Part shown: one piece after another, positions 29,768 to 39,905 of the stretch
Numbering within the stretch: position 1 is the stretch's first letter
Layout: every line of letters starts with the position of its first letter
Assembly: GCA_963808235.1 (NCBI GenBank)
Contig: CAWEEQ010000004.1
Span: forward strand, 2,944,001-3,008,000
DNA length: 64,000 nt
Source of the DNA: an uncultured delta proteobacterium
Lineage (GTDB): Bacteria; Desulfobacterota; Binatia; Binatales; Binataceae
Direction: 5' to 3'
Position numbers and translations under genes: made by a program
The notes under the pieces: generated by a model
The model's input: only the letters and a program-made list of their open reading frames with translations
What the model was told of the DNA's origin: nothing
The model's database searches: none

Positions 29768-31018
29768 GTGCGATACGAACTCAAAATTGCGCTCCGATAC
29801 CTGCGCGCGCGCCGCAAGGACGCATTCATCTCGATCACGACGATCTTCACCGCCGTCGGCGTGATGATCGGCGTCGCCGCGCTTATCGTCATGTTGTCGA
29901 TCATGAATGGCTTCGCGCAGAGCATCAGGGCGCGCGTGCTCAGCCTTAGCCCTCAAGTGCAGATCCTCAATTCGCAGGGGTCGATCGACAACTACGCCGA
30001 GATCCAGTCCAGGGCCAACCGGGTGCCGGGCGTCAGCGGTTCAGACGCCTACATCGTGGGACAGGCGATGCTGAGTTCCGGACGCGGAATCGGCGGCGTC
30101 GTGGTGCGCGGCGTCGAGCCGAAAAATCCGATCGTACAAAATGAATGGAACCGTTTCATGACCAGCGGCAGGCTGGACAACCTGGCTCGCGAATATGCGT
30201 TTCCCGCAAGCGGCACGACGCCCGCGGTTTCCGGATCCGGCATCGCAGTCGGCGCTCTGCTGGCAAAAAAGCTCAAAGCAAAAACCGGCGACTCGGTTCG
30301 CCTGGTCGCGCCGGTCATCTCGCCGGACGGATCGCTCTCGACCAGGAGCGGCGAATTTGCGATCGGCGCAATTTTCGATTCCGGAGCGAACTTCATCGAT
30401 ACCAACATGGTGTTCATGGACCTCGGACATGCGCAAGATTTCTTCGGCCGCACGGCAAAGGCCGACGGCGTCGATATCCATTTGACCAATCTCGACCAGA
30501 CCGACGCGGTGACCGACGCGATGCGCAAGCTGTTCGCGAGCCCATACCGCGTGCGCAACTGGATGGAGTTCAACGAAGCGGCGGCGGGCGGATTCGAACT
30601 GCTCAAGCGCATCTACGCCCTGGTCCTCATGCTGCTGGTCGGGGTGGCGGCGTTCAATCTGGTAGCCACTCTGATCATGGTCGTGATGGAGAAGCGCAAG
30701 GATATCGCGGTGCTGATTTCGATGGGTGCGACGCGGCGCGAGGTCCGCCTGATATTCGTGATGAAAGGCCTGATCGTGGGCGCCGCAGGCACCTCGGCGG
30801 GCCTTATTTTGGGCGCGGTCGGATGCTTCCTGCTCGAGCACTACCACTTCATTCACATCCAGCGCGAAATCTACGAGACTTCGACGTTGCCGATCTCCGT
30901 CGAGCCGTCCAGCTTCGTGCTGGTCGCAATCGCGTCGCTATTTCTCTGCCTGCTGGCCACAGTCTATCCGGCCCGTCAAGCCTCGCGAGAAATGCCGGTC
31001 GAAGTCTTCCGCTCCTAA
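29768..31018 (+). CDS. lipoprotein-releasing ABC transporter permease LolC/E
   Basis: IALRYLRARR, GVAALIVMLSIMNGF, VMEKRKDIAVL, YPARQAS. Confidence 0.9.
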   Translation: MRYELKIALRYLRARRKDAFISITTIFTAVGVMIGVAALIVMLSIMNGFAQSIRARVLSLSPQVQILNSQGSIDNYAEIQSRANRVPGVSGSDAYIVGQAMLSSGRGIGGVVVRGVEPKNPIVQNEWNRFMTSGRLDNLAREYAFPASGTTPAVSGSGIAVGALLAKKLKAKTGDSVRLVAPVISPDGSLSTRSGEFAIGAIFDSGANFIDTNMVFMDLGHAQDFFGRTAKADGVDIHLTNLDQTDAVTDAMRKLFASPYRVRNWMEFNEAAAGGFELLKRIYALVLMLLVGVAAFNLVATLIMVVMEKRKDIAVLISMGATRREVRLIFVMKGLIVGAAGTSAGLILGAVGCFLLEHYHFIHIQREIYETSTLPISVEPSSFVLVAIASLFLCLLATVYPARQASREMPVEVFRS

Positions 31019-31073
31019 GCGCTGCGCCCCATCCACCCCACATCCGCGGCCGCTTCGATTATTTATTTATTGA

Positions 31074-31391
31074 TTATTTGGGGTGTGATTCGTTCGTGGG
31101 AGTCTTGGCCAATTTCGGTTTGCGAACGACCAGGGTTTCGTGACCGCGAACCTTGATCGTGCGGGCAGGTTCCGACTGGAAGTTCTGCGCCGCTCCGTCC
31201 GTGTGCTTGGGCCTGGACGAAGTGCGCTTGCGCCGCCAGTTACTCAGCTCCTGCGACAGTTTTGAGGCCAGCGAGTCATTGTTCTCGCCAGTCTCGGTGG
31301 TTTCGGCGCCGTCTTTGTCGGGTTCGCCTTCAAAGTCGGCGGGACTCGTTTGCGCTCTCGGTTCTTGTGACGTGGATTTGTCCTCCTTCAT
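31074..31391 (-). CDS. hypothetical charged, low-complexity protein
   Basis: 105-aa ORF filling an otherwise empty, AT-richer gap; no recognisable motif. Confidence 0.4.
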   Translation of the reverse strand: MKEDKSTSQEPRAQTSPADFEGEPDKDGAETTETGENNDSLASKLSQELSNWRRKRTSSRPKHTDGAAQNFQSEPARTIKVRGHETLVVRKPKLAKTPTNESHPK

Positions 31392-31635
31392 CGGACTGTT
31401 TGGGAAACTTAAATTTTGCTTTTCAGAAAATTTACTAACGGTATCGGCGCTCGCGTTCGCGGACTCAGGTCGTTAATGCGTGGAACAGGTTTACGTCTGA
31501 TTCTCGCGTACCGACTTGGAAAACTATCGGCGCATTGAAACTTGGAATGGCTGTATGTGGGATATTTTGCAGGCGGATTTGTCGGCCGGGCCCGGAGTTC
31601 GGGCCCGGCGCCAATCAATTCATCGATGTGCTGGT

Positions 31636-31965
31636 TTAAGCAAACAGTTGCTGCATCTTAAGCGCGAGACCCATGTCGCCCGCAATCCGGAGCTTGCCGC
31701 TCATAAACGCGACCTGCCCGTTGAGCTTGCCAGTCGTCATATCAACGTAGTCCTGCGCGGTCATCGAAATCGTGATGCTCGGCGAAGCGGCAGGGCCTTC
31801 CTTCACCTGGCAGGTCTCATTGTTGATGACCACATGCCATTTGCCGCCGTTATCTCCCGAGAGATCGAACTGGTAAGTGGCATTGAGGCCCTTAGCTGCC
31901 TCTTTGTTGAAACGACTGGGCATCGCCGCAAAAATCTCTTTTGGTGTAGTTGGTGTTTCGGCCAT
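31636..31965 (-). CDS. SCP2 sterol/lipid-binding domain protein
   Basis: YQFDLSGDNGG, AFMSGKLRIAGDMGLA; AGGAGGAG RBS. Confidence 0.9.
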   Translation of the reverse strand: MAETPTTPKEIFAAMPSRFNKEAAKGLNATYQFDLSGDNGGKWHVVINNETCQVKEGPAASPSITISMTAQDYVDMTTGKLNGQVAFMSGKLRIAGDMGLALKMQQLFA

Positions 31966-32183
31966 GAAAAACAGACTCCTCCTGGTGGGAGCGGCTTTCG
32001 CCGCCTTCTTTCCGCCATATAAGCGTTCGGCTCGATCCGTGTCAATACTATCAGACGCCGACAAATTAATCATACCAGCGTGAACGCCACCCAGACCAGC
32101 TTCGTTATGATCTCGAGTCAAGATCTCGAGTCAGAATCGTTGATCGCAAATTCCCGAAGTCTACTCTCGCGCGCTCGCCGGAC

Positions 32184-33773
32184 TCAGAATCCGAACATGT
32201 TGCCCGGCACCACAGTGATCAAATTCGTCCTGACATGAACCGGCGACGCGCTCTCCGCGATCGTGACGGCTTGATTCTTCTGCGCGTCGGTCGTGACCGT
32301 TCCGCCCAGGTACGCATCATGATCGATCACCTTGATCGTGACCTGGTTCAGCCCCGCGTTGGCGAGTTGTTGCGCTATCCGAGCTTGACGCGCGGCCCAG
32401 TCGCTTTCGTCCGTCGCCAATGAATCGATCACATTGCCGACTCCCGGCACCCCGCGCACCACGCGCTCCGCGTATTGCTTGGCCTGGGCATCGAACACTT
32501 TGCCGAAAATCGTCACCGTGCTGCCGCTCGTATAACAGTCAACCCGGCGCAGTCTCGGATTTGACGAAAGCACCTGCTTGACGCTCTGCTGCAAGGTAAG
32601 CGTCGGCGGCGGTTCGCGCGACGCAAGTTCGCGCCTCACGGTGTGCTTGCGAGGGCGAGGAGCCGACGCCGGCGGAGCCTCCGAGGAGGGCACTCCCTCC
32701 GGCACCGCGGCTACGGCAGGCGGCGGTGCGGCGGGCGCCGCCGCTGCTTCCGTCGCGGGAGACGGCGCCGACGCGGCTTCAGAAGGGCCTGCTGACGGCG
32801 CAGCCGGGGCGGGTGCACTCGCAAATTCCGGCGCCTCGGTCGGGCTTAGATTGGTCAGCTTCGAGTTCAGCTGCGAATCAAGCGAATCTTTCGTGGCCGG
32901 ATCATTGGTGAAAATGATCGGATAATCAACTTCAACTTCTCCGCCACTGAAGGCCGGAAAATTCCACGCCGAGACATCCTTCACGACTTCGGCGTCGAGA
33001 CCCGGATTTGGATTGGTCGAGGTCCTTACCGAGGCTGCGTCCACGCTGCCATTGGGCAGTATTCGCGCCCGCAGCACCATCGCGTCGCGGATCGTCGCAT
33101 CGCCCGCGAGCGCGCGCGAATAGCTCTCAACCAACGCTGCCTTGTGATCATCGAAAACCTTTCGCGCTGCATCCTGGTTGCGCTCCGGTGCCGAGGCCGA
33201 CTCGCCGGTGACCTGAACCGTCATCACTTTCGATAGGTCCACCGACGGCACGGTTGGCATCGATGCTGCCGGGGCCGCCGGCGCGGCCGGCGAGGCTTGC
33301 GCCACCGGCTGCTCCGCGTTTCTGTTGCTCAGATGAAGCGCCAGCCATGCGCCACCGCCGAGCGCGATTATCGCCGCGAGCAGGTAGCCGAGGACGCCAA
33401 ACATCCCGCGGCTCTTTTCGTCTTCGTCCTGGCTGTCGGGCATCTTGCCCGTAAATCGCATCGACGGCGACGGATCGCGCGCGGCTTTTGTGCCTCGCGG
33501 TGGTGAGGCTGGAGGCGGCGGCATGTATTGGTTCGCGGGCGCTTCCACGCCCAGCCTCGCACCGCAGAAATTGCAGATGAGTTCGCCCGGCTGCGCTTTA
33601 CCGCCACAGACCGGACATTCGATCGGCGCATCCGCAGCGGAGACAACGCTGGTGGCCGGGCGCTTCGCGCTCTCCGAAAATGTGGGCCCCGACTTGACCA
33701 GGGCAGTGCCGTCAGCTTCGCAAAACGTTTCCGAATCCGGGAATATCTTATCGCAGCGCGGGCATCGTTTCAT
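32184..33773 (-). CDS. membrane protein: zinc ribbons, TM, TonB-C/AgmX-like domain and BON domains
   Basis: CPRC..CEAD and CPVC..CNFC, one TM, 'WNFPAFSGGEVEVDYPIIF', Pro/Ala linker, two BON-like repeats (VRGVPGVGNVIDSL). Confidence 0.75.
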   Translation of the reverse strand: MKRCPRCDKIFPDSETFCEADGTALVKSGPTFSESAKRPATSVVSAADAPIECPVCGGKAQPGELICNFCGARLGVEAPANQYMPPPPASPPRGTKAARDPSPSMRFTGKMPDSQDEDEKSRGMFGVLGYLLAAIIALGGGAWLALHLSNRNAEQPVAQASPAAPAAPAASMPTVPSVDLSKVMTVQVTGESASAPERNQDAARKVFDDHKAALVESYSRALAGDATIRDAMVLRARILPNGSVDAASVRTSTNPNPGLDAEVVKDVSAWNFPAFSGGEVEVDYPIIFTNDPATKDSLDSQLNSKLTNLSPTEAPEFASAPAPAAPSAGPSEAASAPSPATEAAAAPAAPPPAVAAVPEGVPSSEAPPASAPRPRKHTVRRELASREPPPTLTLQQSVKQVLSSNPRLRRVDCYTSGSTVTIFGKVFDAQAKQYAERVVRGVPGVGNVIDSLATDESDWAARQARIAQQLANAGLNQVTIKVIDHDAYLGGTVTTDAQKNQAVTIAESASPVHVRTNLITVVPGNMFGF

Positions 33774-33899
33774 CTTCTTTCAGGTGCGCCTCCGGCGGGT
33801 AGTTTTGGCGGAGTATCATCGATACCAATCATCACTTACTGATCATATCGATTTATTGATCATACCGATCATAGCCACAAATTGTGGAAGCGCAAATTG

Positions 33900-34751
33900 C
33901 TATTGTCGTGCGATCACCTCGGCGCCGAACTTCTCCATCGACGCGATATGGTCCCGGGTCGTCGCCCCCGGGCCGACAATTATTCTGGACACGCCCATCT
34001 CGGCGAACTGTCCTATCTCCTCGGGTTTCAACTGCTCGCGAAGACGGCTCACCGTCAACTCGAGCGGGACGGTCCGGCCGACTGCGCGTTCATGCTCGCG
34101 AAGTCGCTTGATCGTCGCGCCGATCTGACCGGTATCTTCCGCGATTCCGTACCATCCGTCGCCGAGTTTTGCGGCGCGCTTCAGCGACGGTTCGGTGTTA
34201 CCGCCAAACACAATCGGCGGATGCGGTTTCTGCGCGGGCTTGGGCATAAACTTGAACCCTTCCGTCGCGATCGTCTTGCCGTGATAATTTGGCGAATCGC
34301 TGGTCCACAGTTCTTTCATCAGTGCGAGATATTCGCGGGTGCGCAGCGCGCGATCCTTGAAGTTCATTCCGACCGCCGCGAACTCTTCCTCGAGCCATCC
34401 GATTCCGACCCCGAAAATAAACCGTCCACCCGACAGAACGTCGAGACTAGCAACCGCCTTTGCGGTCGTGAACGCATTGCGAATTGGCAAGACGAAAACT
34501 CCGGTGGCAAGACGAATTTTGCTCGTAATCCCGGCGACGTAGGCCAGCGCCAGCATCGGATCGTGCAGCGGCGTCTCCGGCGGCGCACCCATCCTTCCAC
34601 TTGAAGAATACGGATACGGCGAGCGGTAGGTTACAGGCAGAATTATGTGCTCGGGAATCCACAGCGACTCGAAGCCGCACTCCTCCGCCTTGCGCGCGAC
34701 CGCGCCAATACTGTTCGGCGAAGTCTGATACAGAAAGGTTCCGAACTTCAC
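33900..34751 (-). CDS. LLM-class (F420-dependent-like) oxidoreductase
   Basis: AEECGFESLWIPEH, LDVLSGGRFIFGVGIGW, RAAKLGDGW. Confidence 0.9.
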   Translation of the reverse strand: MKFGTFLYQTSPNSIGAVARKAEECGFESLWIPEHIILPVTYRSPYPYSSSGRMGAPPETPLHDPMLALAYVAGITSKIRLATGVFVLPIRNAFTTAKAVASLDVLSGGRFIFGVGIGWLEEEFAAVGMNFKDRALRTREYLALMKELWTSDSPNYHGKTIATEGFKFMPKPAQKPHPPIVFGGNTEPSLKRAAKLGDGWYGIAEDTGQIGATIKRLREHERAVGRTVPLELTVSRLREQLKPEEIGQFAEMGVSRIIVGPGATTRDHIASMEKFGAEVIARQ

Positions 34752-34984
34752 TTCTTTCTTCCTCCGGTCACTGGATCGCCCTCCAGACGAAATCCGATCC
34801 GCACCTCGACCTGGAACTCCACCGCGCCGGTCTTGCTGACCGCGCCGCGGATCGGCCCCACTTCGAACCAGTCGATATTGCGAATCGTCTGGCGCGCTTT
34901 GGCGATCGCGTTACGCACCGCCTGCTGGACGCTGTCCTCGGACACTCCCACCACTTCGATTATCTTGTAGGTCTTATCCGGCAT
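34748..34984 (-). CDS. dodecin (flavin-binding)
   Basis: TYKIIEVVGVS...AIAKA..TIRNIDWFEV...FQVEVRIGFRLE. Confidence 0.92.
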   Translation of the reverse strand: MPDKTYKIIEVVGVSEDSVQQAVRNAIAKARQTIRNIDWFEVGPIRGAVSKTGAVEFQVEVRIGFRLEGDPVTGGRKK

Positions 34985-35029
34985 GATTCCTCCGCGCGGC
35001 GCGCGCCATCTGATGTCCTTATTTCAAGT

Positions 35030-36451
35030 CTAGTCGCTTGCCAGCTTCACCGCGAAGACCGCGGGATCCTCAATCGCACGCAGATCGAGCTGAAACGAAT
35101 CATCGACAATCCTGCCGATGATCCGCGCGCGCCGGAACATCGCCGCGATCGCATTCGCCGATTTCTCCCGATGCGTCACGCGCAGCGCAACCGTCTCCAG
35201 TTCCTTGACCGGCAGCGCGCCCGAGCCGACCTGCGAACTCGCATCGACGATTTCGACCCGGTACTCGACGCCGAGCCGCTCGAGCAGTATCTCTCGCGCC
35301 CGCGGCGCCATCGCGGCAATCTCACTTACTTTGCGCCCGAGAATTCTCAAGGTCGGAAGTTCCGCGCCGATGTCTCGCGAGCGCAGGTAGAGCCTGAGTG
35401 TCGCCGACAGCGCCGCCAGCGTGAGCTTGTCGCATCTGAGCGCGCGCTTCAGCGGATTGCGCTTGATTCGCTCGATCGCCTCGCGACGACCGACGATCAC
35501 TCCCGCCTGCGGACCGCCGAGCAGCTTGTCCCCCGAGAACGTCACAATCGCCGCGCCCATCTCGATTCGCTCGCGCACAATCGGTTCGCGCGGCAATCCG
35601 AACTGCTCCAGATCGACGAGCGCCCCGGACCCGAGATCCTCCATCACGTCAACACCGCGCTCGCGCCCAATTTCCACCAGGTCTTCGAGCGTAACTTCGC
35701 TGGTGAACCCGACCACCCGGTAGTTCGACGGATGCACCTTCAGCAGCAGCGCCGTCTCGGGCCCGATCGCATCCGCATAGTCGCCGCGATGCGTCCGATT
35801 GGTCGTTCCCACTTCCCGCAAACGCGCCCCGCTCTTCGCCATCACGTCGGGCAGGCGAAACGATCCGCCGATTTCGATCATCTCGCCGCGCGAGACGACG
35901 ACCTCACGTCCTTCCGCCATCGAGTTAAGCGCGAGCACGACCGCGGCCGCATTGTTGTTCACGACCGTCGCAGCTTCGGCACCGGTCAGCGCACAAATCT
36001 CGTCCTCGACGATCGTATCGCGATCTCCACGGTCGCCGGTTTCGAGATCGTATTCCAGATTGAGCGGCGAGCGCCCCGCCTCTTCGACCGCTTCGATCGC
36101 CGATTCCGCCAGGATTGCCCGGCCGAGGTTGGTATGCAGCACGACGCCGGTAGCATTGACCACCGGGCGAAGCCGCGGCTCGTCGGCGGCGATCGCCCGC
36201 TCGGCGGCGCGCGCGACTGCGTCGATCATCGCCGCACGATCGCCGAGCGCTGCGCGCCCCGCGATGATCGCGGCGCGCAACTCCGCCTGCGCCCGCTGCA
36301 CCTGTAGCTTCAGGTAGCTGCGGCTGAATCCGCCGAGCGCCGGAAGAGACTCCAATGCGCGCAGGCACTCGTCGATCGGCGGCAGACCGCGCCGTATCTC
36401 CGCGCTACGCTCGTCGCCTGCCGCAACTTTCTTTCCCGATTTGTTCGACAC
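35030..36451 (-). CDS. selA: L-seryl-tRNA(Sec) selenium transferase
   Basis: VNATGVVLHTNLGRA, VVNNNAAAV, EIGGSFRLPDVM, FSGDKLLGGPQAG. Confidence 0.96.
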   Translation of the reverse strand: MSNKSGKKVAAGDERSAEIRRGLPPIDECLRALESLPALGGFSRSYLKLQVQRAQAELRAAIIAGRAALGDRAAMIDAVARAAERAIAADEPRLRPVVNATGVVLHTNLGRAILAESAIEAVEEAGRSPLNLEYDLETGDRGDRDTIVEDEICALTGAEAATVVNNNAAAVVLALNSMAEGREVVVSRGEMIEIGGSFRLPDVMAKSGARLREVGTTNRTHRGDYADAIGPETALLLKVHPSNYRVVGFTSEVTLEDLVEIGRERGVDVMEDLGSGALVDLEQFGLPREPIVRERIEMGAAIVTFSGDKLLGGPQAGVIVGRREAIERIKRNPLKRALRCDKLTLAALSATLRLYLRSRDIGAELPTLRILGRKVSEIAAMAPRAREILLERLGVEYRVEIVDASSQVGSGALPVKELETVALRVTHREKSANAIAAMFRRARIIGRIVDDSFQLDLRAIEDPAVFAVKLASD

Positions 36452-36499
36452 CGTTGATGCGATTATCGAAGAGCGCCGCCCGTCAGCGCAATACGTCCG

Positions 36500-37807
36500 C
36501 TATGCCGGCGAGTCTTCGATTTCAGCCTGTGCGTGCGCGATCAGCTTGAGCCGCGTGAGCAGAAGAAATCCGCACAGCAGCGAAAACGCCGCGCAGAACA
36601 GCACCGCCGTGCGAGGATTCCAATGCTCGCCGATAAATCCAACCGCGAGACTGCCGATCGGCGCCGTGCCGATGAACGACAGCGTGTAGATGCTCATCAC
36701 GCGCCCGCGCAGCTCGTCCGAAACGAACATCTGCAGCAGCGTGTTGGTGGTCACCATGTGATTCATCAGGCCGACCCCGATAAACATCTGCGCCACCAGC
36801 GAGAGCGCCATCCATTTCGAAACTCCGAAGACGGCGGTCGAAATCGCCATGCAAAAAATTCCGAACACGAGGTTCTGGCGAAGCGCTTTGGGAGCCGTCG
36901 AGCGCATGTTCATCACAATCGCGCTCGCCACCGCGCCGAGTCCCTGCGCCGCCATCAAAAATCCGTAGCCATGCGCGCCGACGTTCAGCAGGTCGCGAGC
37001 GAAGACCGGAATCAGCACCGAGTACTGCATCCCGAATCCCATGTTGATCGCGACCAGCACCATCAGCCAAAGCGTCGGCCGATGCCGCCACACGTACCCG
37101 AGCCCAAGCCGCACCTGCCGCATCATCATCGCGCCAAATTGCCGTCGCTCCCGGCGCGGCACGTCCATCTCGGCCAGGCTCCAGATGACCGCGAGAAAGC
37201 TGATCCCGTTGAGCAGGAAGCATCCCGCCACGCCAATCACCGCGATCGAAAGACCGGCTATCGCCGGCCCGATCATCCGCGCGCCGTTGAAGATCATCGA
37301 GTTCATCGCGATCGCATTCGGCAAGTCCTCGCGCCCCACCATCTCGACCACGAACGCCTGCCGCCCCGGCATGTCGAACGAACTCACGAACCCGTTGAGC
37401 GCGGCGAGGATTATCACGTGCTCGACTCGCACCACTCCGGTAAAGGTCAGCGCCGCCAGCACGAACGCGCTTAGCATCAGCAGCGTCTGCGCCGCGATTA
37501 TCAGCCGGCGTCGATCCACGTGATCGACCACCACGCCCGCAAACAGCGCGACCAGCACGATCGGCGTGAAACTCGCGAACGACACGACTCCAAGCATGAA
37601 CGCCGAGTTGGTGAGCTTCAGGACCAGCCACGCCTGCGCGACCGATTGCATCCAGGTGCCGATCAGCGAGACGAGTTGTCCGGCGAAAAAAAGTTTGAAA
37701 TTCCGATGCCGCAGTGCGCGAAAGGCGGTCAGCCTCCCGCCCCAAAAATCCTGTTCTGGAATGTCGCCGCCGCGCTCGTCAACTTCGGCAGCTTCAATCT
37801 CGGGCAC
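36500..37807 (-). CDS. MFS transporter
   Basis: ALRHRNFKLFFAGQLVSLIGTWMQ, about 12 TM segments, LRGRVMS. Confidence 0.92.
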   Translation of the reverse strand: MPEIEAAEVDERGGDIPEQDFWGGRLTAFRALRHRNFKLFFAGQLVSLIGTWMQSVAQAWLVLKLTNSAFMLGVVSFASFTPIVLVALFAGVVVDHVDRRRLIIAAQTLLMLSAFVLAALTFTGVVRVEHVIILAALNGFVSSFDMPGRQAFVVEMVGREDLPNAIAMNSMIFNGARMIGPAIAGLSIAVIGVAGCFLLNGISFLAVIWSLAEMDVPRRERRQFGAMMMRQVRLGLGYVWRHRPTLWLMVLVAINMGFGMQYSVLIPVFARDLLNVGAHGYGFLMAAQGLGAVASAIVMNMRSTAPKALRQNLVFGIFCMAISTAVFGVSKWMALSLVAQMFIGVGLMNHMVTTNTLLQMFVSDELRGRVMSIYTLSFIGTAPIGSLAVGFIGEHWNPRTAVLFCAAFSLLCGFLLLTRLKLIAHAQAEIEDSPA

Positions 37808-37937
37808 CGTGTCGATGACTATCTCTCCGAAAAATTTCTACGCCGCGTGCCAGTGGCACTTCGGCGCGCGTCCAGCGCGACGGGTGAGGGCGCTCGCCCG
37901 TCTTCAATGATCGCAGTAAGGATCTCTTTTCGATACT

Positions 37938-39905
37938 TTGCCAGACCCAATCTCCTCAATCGAGTGGCTTGCCGCGAACTCACCTCTTTGCAAACTTGAG
38001 CGCGTGAACCTCTCGCGCATCGAATTGCGTTACGCCGATTCGAACGGCCATGCGCATGCGCTAAGCTTTGCGCCCTCGCCGACGGGAGAGAACGCCACGA
38101 CGGACCGCGACGTCGCGCTCTCGGCGCGCCTCGAACACGCGCTCGGCGGCACCATGATCCATGTCGCGATCGCAAATCGCGGCGACCAGCCGATTCGCCT
38201 CGACGCCGTGCTGTTCGAAGTCGCAACCGGGATCGCGCCCAACGCGCCGGCACGATTCTTCAAGCACGGTTACCAGTCATGGAGCGGCTCTGCCGCTGTC
38301 GATATCGGCGGATCGAAGTCTCGATCTCACCCCCGCGACGGTGCGAATTTCATCATCCGTCTAAATCATCAAAGCGAATCGACCCGCACCGCCGAATTCC
38401 CCGAAGTACTCACCTCGGAACTATTCACGGTCGTCGAGAGCCCGACTATTTCCGAACGCATCATGGCCGGCTTCGTCGGGGCCGCGTCCACGCTCACGAC
38501 GATCACCGTTCCCTCGCCGGAAAAAATCATCGCACGCGCGATCCTCGACGGCGTCACTCTCGATCCGCGCGCGCGTCGCGAACTCGATCCGCTCCTCATC
38601 ATCGCCGCCGCCGACTCCTCAGCGCGACTCGCCGCGCGATGGGCCGACGCGACCGGCCGATGGATGAACGCGCGCGTCGGCGCGCCGTTCCAGCGTGGAT
38701 GGTGTTCCTGGTACCACTACTTTCACGCCATCACCGAAGACGCACTCCGCGCCAACATCAAGGCGCTCGCTGCGATGCGCTCCGAGTTTCCGCTCGAAGT
38801 GATCCAACTCGATGACGGCTTCCAGTCCGCACTCGGCGACTGGGATATCGCCAACGCAAAATTCCCGAGCGGTCTCCGCAAAATCGCAGAAGAGATTCGC
38901 GCCAGTGGATTCAAAGCCGGCATCTGGACCGCGCCGTTCCTCGCCGCGCGCGACTCACGCGTGATGCGCGAGCATCCCGACTGGTTCATCATTCACGAAA
39001 AAACTGACGAGCCGATCCGCGCCGGTTACAACACCAATTGGACCACGAGCAAAGACGCGTTCGCATACGCACTCGACCCGAGCCATCCGGGATTCCGCGC
39101 GCACCTTGAGCATCTGTTCGAAAAGCTCACGCGCGAATTCGGCTACTCGTACCTGAAACTCGATTTTCTGTACGCGGCCGCCGCGCCTGGACGTCGCCAC
39201 AATCCAAACTTCACTCGCGGCGAGACTCTCCGCCGCGGCCTCGAGGCGATTCGCGCCGGCGCCGGCGACGACGCGTTCATCCTCGGATGCGGTTGCCCGC
39301 TTGGGCAGGCGGTCGGCATCGTCGACGGGATGCGCGTGGGCCCCGACGTCGCGCCGTTTTGGGGATCGACCGCGACCGGCACCGGCGATCCTTCGACGGT
39401 TTACGCCCTCGACGCGATCGTCGCGCGCAGCTTCATGCATCGCCGGCTATGGCTCAACGATCCCGACTGCCTGATGCTCCGGGCGCGCGAAACCCGTCTC
39501 ACTGCCGACGAGCGCGCCGCACTGGCCGCAGTCATCGGCGCGAGCGGCGGGATGCTGCTCATCTCGGACGACATGTCGCTGCTCGGCAGCAACGAGGGAA
39601 AGTTGTACCGCACGGTCGCCGAGATGAGCGCGAAGATCGATTCAATCTCAGCGCACGAACCAATTCTGCCGCTCGATCTGATGTCCAGCGCAGACGTGAG
39701 AGGCTTCAAAATTGTTACTCCGGTGGGTGCGATCGCGATGGTCCTGAATCGGGGCGACTCACCAGCCCAGGTGCAGTCTTCAGAAATCAATCTCGGCAGC
39801 GGAGAAGCGACCACACTCGACTTGGCGACGGAAGAAAAAAACGCCGTCTTCGACACAATCGATCTCCAACCGCACTCAGCCCGAATCATCCGTGCTCGCG
39901 GGTGA
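37938..39905 (+). CDS. alpha-galactosidase (GH36-like)
   Basis: GYQSWS, GWCSWY, IQLDDGFQ, GIWTAPF, YLKLDFLY, MRVGPDV, NDPDC. Confidence 0.9.
   Translation: MPDPISSIEWLAANSPLCKLERVNLSRIELRYADSNGHAHALSFAPSPTGENATTDRDVALSARLEHALGGTMIHVAIANRGDQPIRLDAVLFEVATGIAPNAPARFFKHGYQSWSGSAAVDIGGSKSRSHPRDGANFIIRLNHQSESTRTAEFPEVLTSELFTVVESPTISERIMAGFVGAASTLTTITVPSPEKIIARAILDGVTLDPRARRELDPLLIIAAADSSARLAARWADATGRWMNARVGAPFQRGWCSWYHYFHAITEDALRANIKALAAMRSEFPLEVIQLDDGFQSALGDWDIANAKFPSGLRKIAEEIRASGFKAGIWTAPFLAARDSRVMREHPDWFIIHEKTDEPIRAGYNTNWTTSKDAFAYALDPSHPGFRAHLEHLFEKLTREFGYSYLKLDFLYAAAAPGRRHNPNFTRGETLRRGLEAIRAGAGDDAFILGCGCPLGQAVGIVDGMRVGPDVAPFWGSTATGTGDPSTVYALDAIVARSFMHRRLWLNDPDCLMLRARETRLTADERAALAAVIGASGGMLLISDDMSLLGSNEGKLYRTVAEMSAKIDSISAHEPILPLDLMSSADVRGFKIVTPVGAIAMVLNRGDSPAQVQSSEINLGSGEATTLDLATEEKNAVFDTIDLQPHSARIIRARG

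Noticed and set aside
32109-32133. GATCTCGAGTCA tandem duplicate
   Set aside because: Only 12 bp twice in an intergenic gap; no supportable function.
33838-33875. Clustered GATCAT/CGAT motifs upstream of the BON-domain gene
   Set aside because: Short and irregular; could be an operator but cannot be distinguished from chance.
34601-36307. Long antisense or alternate-frame ORFs (e.g. 34601-36307, 15054-16655, 49557-51290, 50362-51765, 60204-61604)
   Set aside because: Shadow frames of well-supported high-GC genes, with no motifs of their own.
35030-36451. Selenoprotein, selC or SECIS near selA
   Set aside because: No tRNA-Sec, selB or selD seen. The split genes in the window are frameshifts, not in-frame TGA read-through.
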